Assembly (NCBI GenBank): GCA_034439715.1
Contig: JAWXAY010000043.1
Coordinates: 1 to 64,000, forward strand
Direction of reading: 5' to 3'
Origin: Pseudomonadota bacterium
GTDB taxonomy: Bacteria; Bdellovibrionota; Bdellovibrionia; Bdellovibrionales; SG-bin7
DNA: 64,000 nucleotides
Part shown: positions 1-9,081 of the stretch, piece by piece
Numbering within the stretch: the stretch's first letter is position 1
Layout: each line of letters starts with the position of its first letter
Notes under the pieces: generated by a model
What the model was told of the DNA's origin: nothing
Databases searched by the model: none
The model's input: the letters and a program-made list of their open reading frames with translations, nothing else
Position numbers and translations under genes: made by a program

Positions 1-340
1 CTAATAAAAATACATCAGGCTAAAAGACTAGCAGCATGATGCCGATAGAGGACAGAATCGCTGAAAAGTTAAAAGGACAGTATTCCTGGAGAACTACAGA
101 ATTGCCCTCATTGCCTCGCGTTTGCCCTCTGTCTCAATATGAACTGTTTAATTAATGTATAGCCTGGAGGATGAGTGTGTTAGAGGGTTCACACTTCTTT
201 AAATCCTCTGAGGTTTCATAGGTTTCAGTCAAAAGAAGCTACGGCATCCGCTCAAGTAATTTGAAGTAAGTTCCAAAATTTAATCCAGTAGATTATAACT
301 AAATTCACAGTAGTTTATTCAGTTAATGAAGGAGATTTTT

Positions 341-760
341 ATGAAAATTAAATTAAATATTCTTGTTTTAGCTTCGCTGGTTCTAACTCAAATTGACGCC
401 CAGGCAAAAACTGGCTGGGATTGTACCCCATGCAATGGTGACCAGACCTGTATATTTGTGAGCGAAAATGGCAGTCAAAGCGAGCCTATTACACGAGCCT
501 GTTCCAATATAAATACTGACGCCGACCCCAGAAAAGAAAAAGTATATAGATGTGCGGCGAATTGTTTTAGTTTCTCCGCATTACGTGGACTTTATGGAGA
601 GGCCTGGGGCTTTAGCGCAGTAAGTGGGTCTGGGGAATCAAGAATCGAGGCATTTGGTGACATGATGAGCGATTGTTCAGGTGGAAGTCTTTGCACAGAA
701 GCATCTTGGAATTGCCACGCTTATAATAGACGTGCGACTCCAGAAAATTCTTGTGATTGA
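341..760 (+). CDS. Secreted Cys-rich hypothetical protein
   Basis: AAGGAG precedes ATG 341 (ORF track starts at 326); signal peptide ending AQA; 10 Cys in the mature part. Confidence 0.7.
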   Translation: MKIKLNILVLASLVLTQIDAQAKTGWDCTPCNGDQTCIFVSENGSQSEPITRACSNINTDADPRKEKVYRCAANCFSFSALRGLYGEAWGFSAVSGSGESRIEAFGDMMSDCSGGSLCTEASWNCHAYNRRATPENSCD

Positions 761-784
761 GATATGACCAACTTAGGCCTCGAT

Positions 785-2044
785 TTAGGCCTTTGCTTTT
801 AGGTAAAGCCTGACGGTTTGTGAGCCCTTAACAAGATGGAAAAGGATTCGGAAAAGATAAGTTGAAATGCAAAAAGTGAAGATAACTAGTGCTAAAAAAA
901 CGCCAACATCTTTGAGAGAGTAATCTATGGCAATGAGCCCGAACGAAATACTGGCAATACTAATTAGGGCTTCTTCAAAAATCGATAGCTGAGAAAAAAC
1001 AACGCCCGAACGGTTTTCGGCAAGCAGTATGAGCCTGTTTTCTAAATGAATCTTTAACAAAGTAAAACAAAGTATGAACGCAAATAAAAACATCATGCCG
1101 AAAGTAAAATCGTCGGCCAGTGTAAAACCCAAGAAAAAAGTGGCTATCATTAGCACTATTTTACCATCAATAGGGCGGCTACTGTTTTTTACCAACATTT
1201 TTTCTATCAGAAATTTGTATAGCAATCCTCCGCAAATTATGCCAACTCCGAGAACAAAATTCGTGATGCCAACCCCTGGAATGCCCCGGTGGTAAACTTC
1301 AAATGGAAATTTAGTAGCTACAATTCCGATAAATGAATAGAGCAGTGCTAGCAAACCGTAGCGAAGCAATAATCTCCGCTGACTAGGGGCATAGAGGAGG
1401 CTAGGTTGATGATCTTCGATAACGATGCCTTTCAAAACCTCTGGGGTTGAATCGACACAATATATTTTAGAAAAACACGCCAGAGAAACTGCCGCAGAAA
1501 GTCCTGAGAATAAAATAATGGAGTGAACCGATAGATAGGACATCAAAATTCCTGACGCTGAGGTCGCTGCTACAACACCTAACATGCCCAGTAAATTCAA
1601 GTTTGTATTAACTGAAAGCCGGCTAATTTGATTCTTAAATATTTGAGAAGTAAGTTGAGCTAGTGCTGGTCGGTAGAGTCCTTCAGCGAATGAAACTCCG
1701 ATATAGGCTATTGTGCAAAAAAGAATAAAGCTTTTGTCGAGAGGATTAAAGAATAGAAGGCAAGACAGAAAAAAAAGTATCAGTGAAAATGCAATAAGAA
1801 TTAATTTTTTTGGCGAAATAGTTTGTGATAGTATTCCCGATCGATAGGCCGCAAGCGATGCCGGAAGGCGTTTGGCGGCAATTAAAAATGCCAAACCCAA
1901 GGTGGAACTAAATTCGGCTTGTATAGAGATGAGTATGGCAACAAAACTGATCCACGAAGCCCACTTTCCGATAAAATGGCCGGTTAGTAGTAACACCATG
2001 TTTTTTTTGCGGTATTTATATTGAAGGAGGTCAAGAGTTATCAT
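785..2044 (-). CDS. MFS transporter
   Basis: 419 aa with about 12 hydrophobic segments; MFS-like EGLYRPALAQL; ATGA overlap with the cyclase gene. Confidence 0.75.
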   Translation of the reverse strand: MITLDLLQYKYRKKNMVLLLTGHFIGKWASWISFVAILISIQAEFSSTLGLAFLIAAKRLPASLAAYRSGILSQTISPKKLILIAFSLILFFLSCLLFFNPLDKSFILFCTIAYIGVSFAEGLYRPALAQLTSQIFKNQISRLSVNTNLNLLGMLGVVAATSASGILMSYLSVHSIILFSGLSAAVSLACFSKIYCVDSTPEVLKGIVIEDHQPSLLYAPSQRRLLLRYGLLALLYSFIGIVATKFPFEVYHRGIPGVGITNFVLGVGIICGGLLYKFLIEKMLVKNSSRPIDGKIVLMIATFFLGFTLADDFTFGMMFLFAFILCFTLLKIHLENRLILLAENRSGVVFSQLSIFEEALISIASISFGLIAIDYSLKDVGVFLALVIFTFCISTYLFRILFHLVKGSQTVRLYLKAKA

Positions 2045-3960
2045 TTTTTCTCAGCGGTCTTTAGATTTTGGGTGTATTTGGACAGGGCCATCAAGGGGAA
2101 AGTATAAGGATAAACTGGGTAAATCGAATAGACAGATCCGGGAATTCCAGTGCCATTGACATGTTCTTCGTGCCAGCGACCCTTAAAAGTTTTCACCAAA
2201 TAGTTTGCGGCCTTGTGAGCGGCAAATTCGTAGGATCTGCCACCCTGAGCGAGAGCTTGTAATCCCCAAGCTGTCTGGGTTGGTGTACTGAGTCCTTTGC
2301 CTGCCATCCGTGAATCGCCATATGATAGCGTCGACTCTCCAAAACCGCCGTCTTCGTTCTGAACTGTTAGTAGCCAATTTAGTGATTTTTTAATATATTC
2401 AGAGGACGGGCTCTCGCCATTACTGATCAGTCCCAATATCGCGGAACTTGTTCCATACAAATAATTGTTGCCCCAGCGGCCTTGCCAGCCGTGCACGTCT
2501 TTCGACTGAGATTTTTCTAGAAATCCTATTCCATTCTTGATGGCATCAACTGGTTTGGCAGAGGCTTCTAAATGGGATAGAGCCTCGAGGACATGTCCTG
2601 TGACATCGGCGCTACTCATGTCGTAAATAAAATCCGTGCTAACAATTCCATTCAAAAAATATCGAAGGACAAAATTACCTGAGCGATCTTTCGAAAATGC
2701 GGCCCAGCCTCCGTCACTATTCTGCATAGAAACCAAAAATCTTACGGCTTTGTTGATAACACCAGAGTATTTTTCTCCATAGGGAGCCAGCGCCATAATA
2801 GCCATCGCCGTGTCGTCACAGTCAGGAGTATTCGAAAAGTCTTCGCCAAAATAGAATCCACCTGAAGAATGTTGATGTGAGGCCAAGTAGTCGGAGGCAT
2901 TTGCCATAGCGGCAAGATCTTGACTGGCGGCAGTAGGCCCAATAACAGAAAGAGATTGATGAAGCGCCATTAAAGATAAAGACGTGTCCCAATTAACACT
3001 TTCATGGTCAATTCCATAAGACTCGGCTGCTCGATGAGGGCTAAACAAAAGGTCTTCTATTCTCTTAATTCCGAGATTATTTGCAATTTGAATTCTGGAT
3101 TGATCTTCTTTGTCATGTTGAGCATGGTCCGACAGCGCAGCCGCTGCGATCAGCGTGCTGATTGCAGAGAATCCCCAGTTTCCCAGGGGCTGTTGTGCCT
3201 CTAGTAGCATTCCAATTAGTTTTTTGCCATCGTCCCGGGATAAATTAGCATCCCTGAAACTTGATTCTTCTGCCAGGTCACTGGCGATCTCTACGGAGTG
3301 GAGTTCCTTAAGCGAAAAGTCCTCTCCCAGATTCCTCACAACCTCAAATCGCCTCAGGTAACTTACCGCAACCATAGTGTCTTTCACCCATACCGCAAAG
3401 TCGTCTGCGTTAATAGGAGACCAACTACTAAAAAAAAGGTCAGCAATTTTTGGAATCTCGGCCCAAGGGTAATTGCCAAAAAGAGCTAATAGGATCTTAG
3501 TCGTAAAGGTTGCCTTAGTTAAACCACCAACATTCATAATGAACGATCTAGCCATTAACATTCGAGGATCCGTAGATGGCGTGCCTAACGCCTTCAAGGC
3601 AAAATAGTTAGTTATCGTCGGGTCAATATCGCCAGAAGATCTATTGATATCGTTTACTCCAATCCACGATCCGTCTGCCTTTTGGGTGCGAAATAACTCC
3701 TGCCTAAACTTGTCTGTTTCTAATCTGGGTGTTTCGTGGTTCAACCATCGTGACAATAACAAATACTCCGAAAACACACGTTGCCCGTAATAGGAAGGCA
3801 TGTGCCAAAACTGCTGGCCTAATTCATTTTGCCGAACCTCGGTTACCAAAGCGGCTCTGGCAGATTGGATCGTTGCTTTGAGTTCATTGGCATCTGCCAC
3901 CTCAAAAAAAGCAAAAGAAAAAAATAAATAATAAAATAGAAATATTAAATGCTTAATCAT
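2041..3960 (-). CDS. Squalene-hopene cyclase-like class II terpene cyclase with N-terminal signal peptide
   Basis: PDCDDTA (DxDD) motif; QW repeats QKADGSW, QNSDGGW, QNEDGGF; NWDT, GRWGNNYLYGT, STPTQTAW, GTGIPG. Confidence 0.9.
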   Translation of the reverse strand: MIKHLIFLFYYLFFSFAFFEVADANELKATIQSARAALVTEVRQNELGQQFWHMPSYYGQRVFSEYLLLSRWLNHETPRLETDKFRQELFRTQKADGSWIGVNDINRSSGDIDPTITNYFALKALGTPSTDPRMLMARSFIMNVGGLTKATFTTKILLALFGNYPWAEIPKIADLFFSSWSPINADDFAVWVKDTMVAVSYLRRFEVVRNLGEDFSLKELHSVEIASDLAEESSFRDANLSRDDGKKLIGMLLEAQQPLGNWGFSAISTLIAAAALSDHAQHDKEDQSRIQIANNLGIKRIEDLLFSPHRAAESYGIDHESVNWDTSLSLMALHQSLSVIGPTAASQDLAAMANASDYLASHQHSSGGFYFGEDFSNTPDCDDTAMAIMALAPYGEKYSGVINKAVRFLVSMQNSDGGWAAFSKDRSGNFVLRYFLNGIVSTDFIYDMSSADVTGHVLEALSHLEASAKPVDAIKNGIGFLEKSQSKDVHGWQGRWGNNYLYGTSSAILGLISNGESPSSEYIKKSLNWLLTVQNEDGGFGESTLSYGDSRMAGKGLSTPTQTAWGLQALAQGGRSYEFAAHKAANYLVKTFKGRWHEEHVNGTGIPGSVYSIYPVYPYTFPLMALSKYTQNLKTAEKK

Positions 3961-3963
3961 TTT

Positions 3964-5115
3964 TTATTCTGCCATTGCTTTTTCATAGAGATTTGAATTC
4001 ATATCGATAAACTTATCGAGAGCTCCGACATATGTATCGACAGCGGATTCGTCATAGCCAGCGGCAGGTACAAGTTCTAACAGGCGGCGATAGACTACGT
4101 CCTTCATTGCCCAAACTTCAGAGGGCGTGATCAACCGTTTCATAGCAAGCGTAACAATTCCCTCTTTTTTATCTTCAGCGATATCTGAAAAATCGTCTAA
4201 GTTTTGCAGCATTGCGCCCACAAGAAAAAAAGCATCAATTTCGCTTTGTTTAAAATTATGATCAGCCAACAAGGCGTAGAGAACCATCGAGTAGCCGCCT
4301 TTTCGAAATGTCGTGCGTCGTAGTTCCTCCGGCGAAATGTCGGAGTTATGCTGGCGGATTGAGTCAGTTTGTGCTTCGTGAAGTTTAAGTAGGTAATGAA
4401 AAAAAACTGAGCGATTTTGAATGGGCACTGAATTTTCCAAACCCTGAACAATACTAATTAAAAGATTTTCCATGGAGCTGGGTTTACTAATGTTATAGTC
4501 ACGAGTGATAATGCTCCTCAGGCGAGAAATTCGTTCGTCACTATTAAAATCAGAAATTAATGCGTTATCAAATAAAACGTCATAAATTGGGTGAGAAAGA
4601 CCAAAATACAAATTGGCTAGGTCGGGAACTTCGCTGTTGTGCATACTTGCCGTCAGTTTAACAAAAAACCAGTTTTTTCCACTCTCATCAATTATTTTTT
4701 GGTAAAGATACTTGTAAGCTTTTTCTTTTTCCGTCAATTCTTTTGACGAATGTTCATACGCCTCGATGAGTTCTGGAAAGTCTTTTTGAACAACGGGTAA
4801 AAAAACCTCGTCATAAATCGAGTTAAAGTCGATAAGGCCTGAAGTCATCGGAATGGCGTTGTGCCAAATGGCCTTTACGGAAATAAAAGGACCTGTATCT
4901 CTAACTATCCTGGGATGGTGAAGAAAAAGTCCTTTGCCAGAAAAATCATAATTAGAATCTAAAAGATTATCTTCATGATCGCGGTAAGGAGCGGCTGAAT
5001 ACGGAAAACTCTGTGGGCTTTCTAGAGCATCACGAATAGTCTCGCTCGAAGCCATTGATCTAAAAGAAAAACTAAGGCATCCGAGAATTAAAAATCCTAG
5101 CAGAGAGTTTCTCAC
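3964..5115 (-). CDS. Class I isoprenoid synthase-fold protein with signal peptide (paralog B)
   Basis: HPIYDVLFDN, FRKGGYS, QNLDDFSDIAED (DDxxDxxxD) Asp-rich motifs; N-terminus MRNSLLGFLILGCLSFSFRSMA. Confidence 0.7.
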   Translation of the reverse strand: MRNSLLGFLILGCLSFSFRSMASSETIRDALESPQSFPYSAAPYRDHEDNLLDSNYDFSGKGLFLHHPRIVRDTGPFISVKAIWHNAIPMTSGLIDFNSIYDEVFLPVVQKDFPELIEAYEHSSKELTEKEKAYKYLYQKIIDESGKNWFFVKLTASMHNSEVPDLANLYFGLSHPIYDVLFDNALISDFNSDERISRLRSIITRDYNISKPSSMENLLISIVQGLENSVPIQNRSVFFHYLLKLHEAQTDSIRQHNSDISPEELRRTTFRKGGYSMVLYALLADHNFKQSEIDAFFLVGAMLQNLDDFSDIAEDKKEGIVTLAMKRLITPSEVWAMKDVVYRRLLELVPAAGYDESAVDTYVGALDKFIDMNSNLYEKAMAE

Positions 5116-6188
5116 GGACTTTTCCTCTCTGAAATAGCATCCATAGAGTCCTGATATTTCTCTGCTGACATAGTCATGAGTTTATCGACGAGATCATGAA
5201 AGGTACTAACTTCGTCATAATCATATTGGTATTTATCGACAAACGAAAAAAGTTGACCCATAAAGATATCTCTAATCAGCCACTGTTCTTCTGGGACTAT
5301 CAGCTTTCTAATCGCCAACGTTTCGATTCCCTGTTCTGTATCTTCTTCCATATCTGAGAAATCATCGACTGACTGTAAAAAGGCACCCATGATAAAATAG
5401 GCGTCGAGTTCTTCTTGGCTATAGGACCTTTCATTCAAAAGTACATATAACACCATGGAATTTCCGCCTTTGCGGAATTCTATGCTACGGAGTTCCTCAT
5501 TTGAGAGATTTTTGTCATGTTGTTTAATGGAATCAACTTGATCAAAGTGCAGTTTGCGCAGCACCTGGTAGAAGGCCGCTTTATTTGAGGCCGGCAGGCG
5601 TTGATCGATGTTCTCTAGTACGTCAATCAAAAGTCTTTCTAGGGGAGTTTTATTTTCGAAATTATAATCTCTAGAGACGATTTTAGTAATACGATTTATA
5701 TTTTCTTCTTTATTAAAATCAGAAAACAAGGGGTCATCAAATAAGACATCATATATAGGATGAGCCACATCAAAATACACATTGAGTGCGTCGTCGATGT
5801 CGCTATTAAACATCGCAAAGGTTTTCTTGATATAAAGATAATTTAAAAAACCTTCGTTATAAATTTTGTCATAAAGGTGCGAGTACTTTTTATTGTATAT
5901 AAGACCCGGAAAGTGCTTTCTAATTAGGGGTTCAACATGTCGGTAAAAAGCTTGAGAGTAGGTGTTCTGCCATATCAAAAATGTAGCCGTGGTTTTAAAA
6001 AACACGCGAGGGCCGAGCAGCCAATCTCCTTCACGCAGCGCCTTGGGAACATGCTTAAACCTTCCCTTGCCGAAAGGCTTAAGGAACTTCTCCATGACTT
6101 GATCTTCGTGATCAGGAGCATGGGTAGGGGTAAAACCACTAGCAAATAGCGGCATTAACAGAGTAACGGCAAGTAGAAAACGAAACAT
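5112..6188 (-). CDS. Class I isoprenoid synthase-fold protein with signal peptide (paralog A)
   Basis: HPIYDVLFDD, FRKGGNS, QSVDDFSDMEED; start reassigned to ATG 6188 (GGAG RBS), giving MFRFLLAVTLLMPLFASG. Confidence 0.7.
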   Translation of the reverse strand: MFRFLLAVTLLMPLFASGFTPTHAPDHEDQVMEKFLKPFGKGRFKHVPKALREGDWLLGPRVFFKTTATFLIWQNTYSQAFYRHVEPLIRKHFPGLIYNKKYSHLYDKIYNEGFLNYLYIKKTFAMFNSDIDDALNVYFDVAHPIYDVLFDDPLFSDFNKEENINRITKIVSRDYNFENKTPLERLLIDVLENIDQRLPASNKAAFYQVLRKLHFDQVDSIKQHDKNLSNEELRSIEFRKGGNSMVLYVLLNERSYSQEELDAYFIMGAFLQSVDDFSDMEEDTEQGIETLAIRKLIVPEEQWLIRDIFMGQLFSFVDKYQYDYDEVSTFHDLVDKLMTMSAEKYQDSMDAISERKSP

Positions 6189-6326
6189 AATTGTCTCCAG
6201 TATATAGTGTAGATAACGCAATGTGTTAATTACAAAGCAAATTATATACCGGAAAATCTCACTCCAGAGCCAATGGATTGATTCTGCGGCAGCCTCCATG
6301 GACAGATTTAGAATTTTTTACAAAGG

Positions 6327-7721
6327 CTATGAATTATTTACAACAGAAGAGAGACTCATTTTTTCATAAGCTTTAGCGATTTGGGCTTCAACTGATGTGG
6401 GACTGGTGCCACCCTCAGACGTCCGCGCATTCATAACCGCACGGTGGCTGAGTTTTGCCGTAGTATTTTGGTCAAAGAGTACATGGAACTTCTTGAGGGT
6501 ATTTAGAGACAGATCTTCAAGTCCTATTTTGTTTGAAATGCAATCTTGAACAATATGTCCAACGACTTCATGAGCCTCACGGAAACTGAGTCCTTTTTCT
6601 ACTAAATCATCGGCTAGATCTGTCGCATTAGAAAAATCGGCCTTTAGGGCCTTTGACATGTTTTCTGTTTTCCAGCTGGTTTTCTGAAGCATCAAATTCA
6701 TCATTTGCACGCATGAAAGCACAGTTTCCAATCCTTGAAAGAGGTGCTCCTTATCCTCTTGCATATCGCGATTATAGCTAAGCGGCAAAGCTTTCATCAT
6801 TGTGAGGGCGCCCATTAGGGCTCCATACACTCTACCGACACGACCCCGAATTAATTCCGCCATGTCGGGGTTCTTCTTTTGAGGCATAATTGAAGATCCC
6901 GTGGTTACTTCATCGCCTAATTCTACGAAATTAAATTCGGGAGTGTTCCAAAGAATAAGCTCTTCGCAAAATCGGGATAAGTGCATCATTATAATTGAAG
7001 CATCCGCTAAAAACTCAATGACGAAATCTCTATCAGAAACGCCGTCGAGGCTGTTTTCGCAAACTTTTGAAAATTGGAGTTCCTCACAAACCATTTGTCT
7101 ATCAATGGGAAACCCTGTTCCCGCCAGTGCCGCAGAACCTAAGGGCAGCGAAAGAATTCTTGGCAAAGAATCCATAAGCCTTTCTACATCCCTCTGAAAC
7201 ATCCAAAAATACGCCATGAGATGGTGCGCTAGACTTACTGGTTGGGCGTGTTGCAGGTGAGTCATTCCCGGTAGAATGGAATTGGTATGTTTTTGGGCCT
7301 GATCTACAAGCTGCTTTTGCAGAGATTTTAGCTCTTGAGTTAAAACTTTAATTTTGTCATGTAGATAGAGGCGAGTGTCGGTCGCCACTTGATCATTGCG
7401 GCTGCGGGCTGTGTGGATTTTTTTGGCAGCAATGCCAATCAACTGAAAAAGCCGCTGCTCAATCGCGCCGTGAATATCCTCAGCCCCGTCATCAAAAGTC
7501 CACTCTCCCGATTGACTTTCCGCTTTTATTTGCTGAAGCCCGTGAATGATCCTTTCAGAATCGTCCAAAGAAATAATTTTTTTGTCTCCTAGCATGCGGG
7601 CGTGGGCAACAGAAGTTTTGATATCCGCCTCCCACATTTTGGAATCAATGTGAATAGAAGAAGAAAAAGTCTCGACTTCTTTCGCTGTTTCTTTTGAAAA
7701 ACGGCCGCCCCAAAGTTTCAT
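6327..7721 (-). CDS. argH: Argininosuccinate lyase
   Basis: KLWGGRF, RSRNDQVATD, THLQHAQP, GSSIMPQKKNPD. Confidence 0.97.
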   Translation of the reverse strand: MKLWGGRFSKETAKEVETFSSSIHIDSKMWEADIKTSVAHARMLGDKKIISLDDSERIIHGLQQIKAESQSGEWTFDDGAEDIHGAIEQRLFQLIGIAAKKIHTARSRNDQVATDTRLYLHDKIKVLTQELKSLQKQLVDQAQKHTNSILPGMTHLQHAQPVSLAHHLMAYFWMFQRDVERLMDSLPRILSLPLGSAALAGTGFPIDRQMVCEELQFSKVCENSLDGVSDRDFVIEFLADASIIMMHLSRFCEELILWNTPEFNFVELGDEVTTGSSIMPQKKNPDMAELIRGRVGRVYGALMGALTMMKALPLSYNRDMQEDKEHLFQGLETVLSCVQMMNLMLQKTSWKTENMSKALKADFSNATDLADDLVEKGLSFREAHEVVGHIVQDCISNKIGLEDLSLNTLKKFHVLFDQNTTAKLSHRAVMNARTSEGGTSPTSVEAQIAKAYEKMSLSSVVNNS

Positions 7722-8941
7722 TAAATTTCCTTTTGGTGTTTTTGAACCAACTGGTTATAAAGGCGTGACTGCAGACCAAAGTTTTTAACGGAACCCGTGC
7801 TCTCTCTTTGGTCAAACGTAGTCGTGTCAAACGAGGCCAGGTCCCCAGAGTAAAGTGCCCACTCCGAATGTCTTCCAATAACGGTAGCCTGCCCCTTATA
7901 AAGTTTAAGCGTTACGCCTCCATCAACACGTTTTTGGGTCGATCCAATAAACGCTTCAAGATTCTCTTTCAATGGATCCCACCACAATCCTTCGTAGGCT
8001 AAGCGACTCCATTCTTGATCAATCAGAGTCTTTACTCTAATTTCATCACGAGTAAGGACCAAGTTCTCAAGAGCTTTATGAGCTTTTAATAGAACAGTGG
8101 CTCCAGGACATTCGTAGTTTTCTCGAACTTTGAGCCCCATCATTCGGTCTTCCATAATATCGATACGACCTATTCCATGCTTTCCCGCAATGGAGTTCAG
8201 CTTCGTAACCAATTTTTGCGGAGAACTTTTTTCGTTATTAATGGCTACTGGTACCCCATCCAGAAATTGAACACTAATTTCTTCAGGGTGAGAGTCAGCA
8301 GCACCTGTGGATTTAGTCCATTGAAAAATTTCTTCAGGCGGTGGGTAGTTTGGCTCCTCTAAGCGGCCACCCTCTATCGAGCGGCCCCAAAGGTTTTCAT
8401 CAATCGACCAGATCTTGCTGAGAGATTGTTGAATGGGAATATTTTTTTTCAGTGCATATTCAATCTCCCAACTCCTTGTCATATTTCTTTCACGAACGGG
8501 GGCGTGAATAGTTGCCTGTGGCATGAGGCTTCGAATTCCAAATTCTATTCGATATTGATCGTTTCCTTTTCCCGTACAGCCATGGGCAAAAGAAGTGATT
8601 CCCAGTTTCTTGGCATACTCAACTGCCTTCGCTGCAATCAGCGGGCGGGCAATTGAAGTCGACATGGGGTAACCTTGATAATCGCCATTGGCGCGGACGG
8701 CTGGCCAGCAGAACTTCTCTACAAATTCTTCTTTAGCATCGACAGTATAATGTTCTGTTTGAAGAAATTTGGCTTTCTCCGCTGCTTGTTTGATGTCAGC
8801 CGGATCTTGGCCCACATCAATCGTAACTGTCACGACATGCTTGTATCCGTATTCTTCTCGCATCAGCGGAATGCAGATGGAGGTGTCAAGACCACCACTG
8901 TAAACTAAAAGTACTTTTTCGTTTTTTGGGACGTGATTCAT
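7721..8941 (-). CDS. argG: Argininosuccinate synthase
   Basis: YSGGLDTS, HGCTGKGNDQYRIE, SIDENLWGRSIEGG. Confidence 0.97.
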   Translation of the reverse strand: MNHVPKNEKVLLVYSGGLDTSICIPLMREEYGYKHVVTVTIDVGQDPADIKQAAEKAKFLQTEHYTVDAKEEFVEKFCWPAVRANGDYQGYPMSTSIARPLIAAKAVEYAKKLGITSFAHGCTGKGNDQYRIEFGIRSLMPQATIHAPVRERNMTRSWEIEYALKKNIPIQQSLSKIWSIDENLWGRSIEGGRLEEPNYPPPEEIFQWTKSTGAADSHPEEISVQFLDGVPVAINNEKSSPQKLVTKLNSIAGKHGIGRIDIMEDRMMGLKVRENYECPGATVLLKAHKALENLVLTRDEIRVKTLIDQEWSRLAYEGLWWDPLKENLEAFIGSTQKRVDGGVTLKLYKGQATVIGRHSEWALYSGDLASFDTTTFDQRESTGSVKNFGLQSRLYNQLVQKHQKEI

Positions 8942-8982
8942 AGTCTGCCTTTCTGTATATCCATAAAGTTGTCTGCATAGAA

Positions 8983-9020
8983 AATCTCATTATATGCACT
9001 AAAGTGCATAAAACTGCAAT
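8983..9020. promoter_or_regulatory. Tandem ARG boxes (ArgR operator), argG side
   Basis: Cores TCTCATTATATGCA (8985-8998) and TGCATAAAACTGCA (9005-9018) resemble the TGMATwwwwATKCA consensus; argR is in the same cluster. Confidence 0.6.
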
Positions 9021-9026
9021 TTAAAT

Positions 9027-9055
9027 TTGACATATAGCTTAATAGGACTCATTAT
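9027..9055 (+). promoter_or_regulatory. Sigma70-type promoter for argC
   Basis: TTGACA (9027-9032), 17 nt spacer, CATTAT (9050-9055). Confidence 0.6.
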
Positions 9056-9081
9056 GCATTAATGATGAATAAATATGCAGA
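9043..9081. promoter_or_regulatory. Tandem ARG boxes overlapping the argC -10 and start codon
   Basis: GGACTCATTATGCA (9045-9058) and near-consensus TGAATAAATATGCA (9066-9079); 18-mers spaced by 3 nt. Confidence 0.65.

Noticed and set aside
1..325. Possible sRNA or riboswitch downstream of a sigma28-like TAAA-N16-GCCGATAG (21-48)
   Set aside because: No recognisable riboswitch consensus or stable structure, and context is cut by the window edge; an Rfam/Infernal scan would be needed
785..6188. Standard hopanoid (hpn) biosynthesis cluster
   Set aside because: No hpnC/D/E/G/H motifs; the partners are divergent DDxxD proteins and the cyclase lacks F601/F605 equivalents, so the shc symbol was not assigned
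6189..6299. 37-aa N-terminal extension of the ORF-track call 5112..6299
   Set aside because: A GGAG RBS precedes ATG 6188, which exposes a signal peptide like that of its paralog; the extension is probably untranslated
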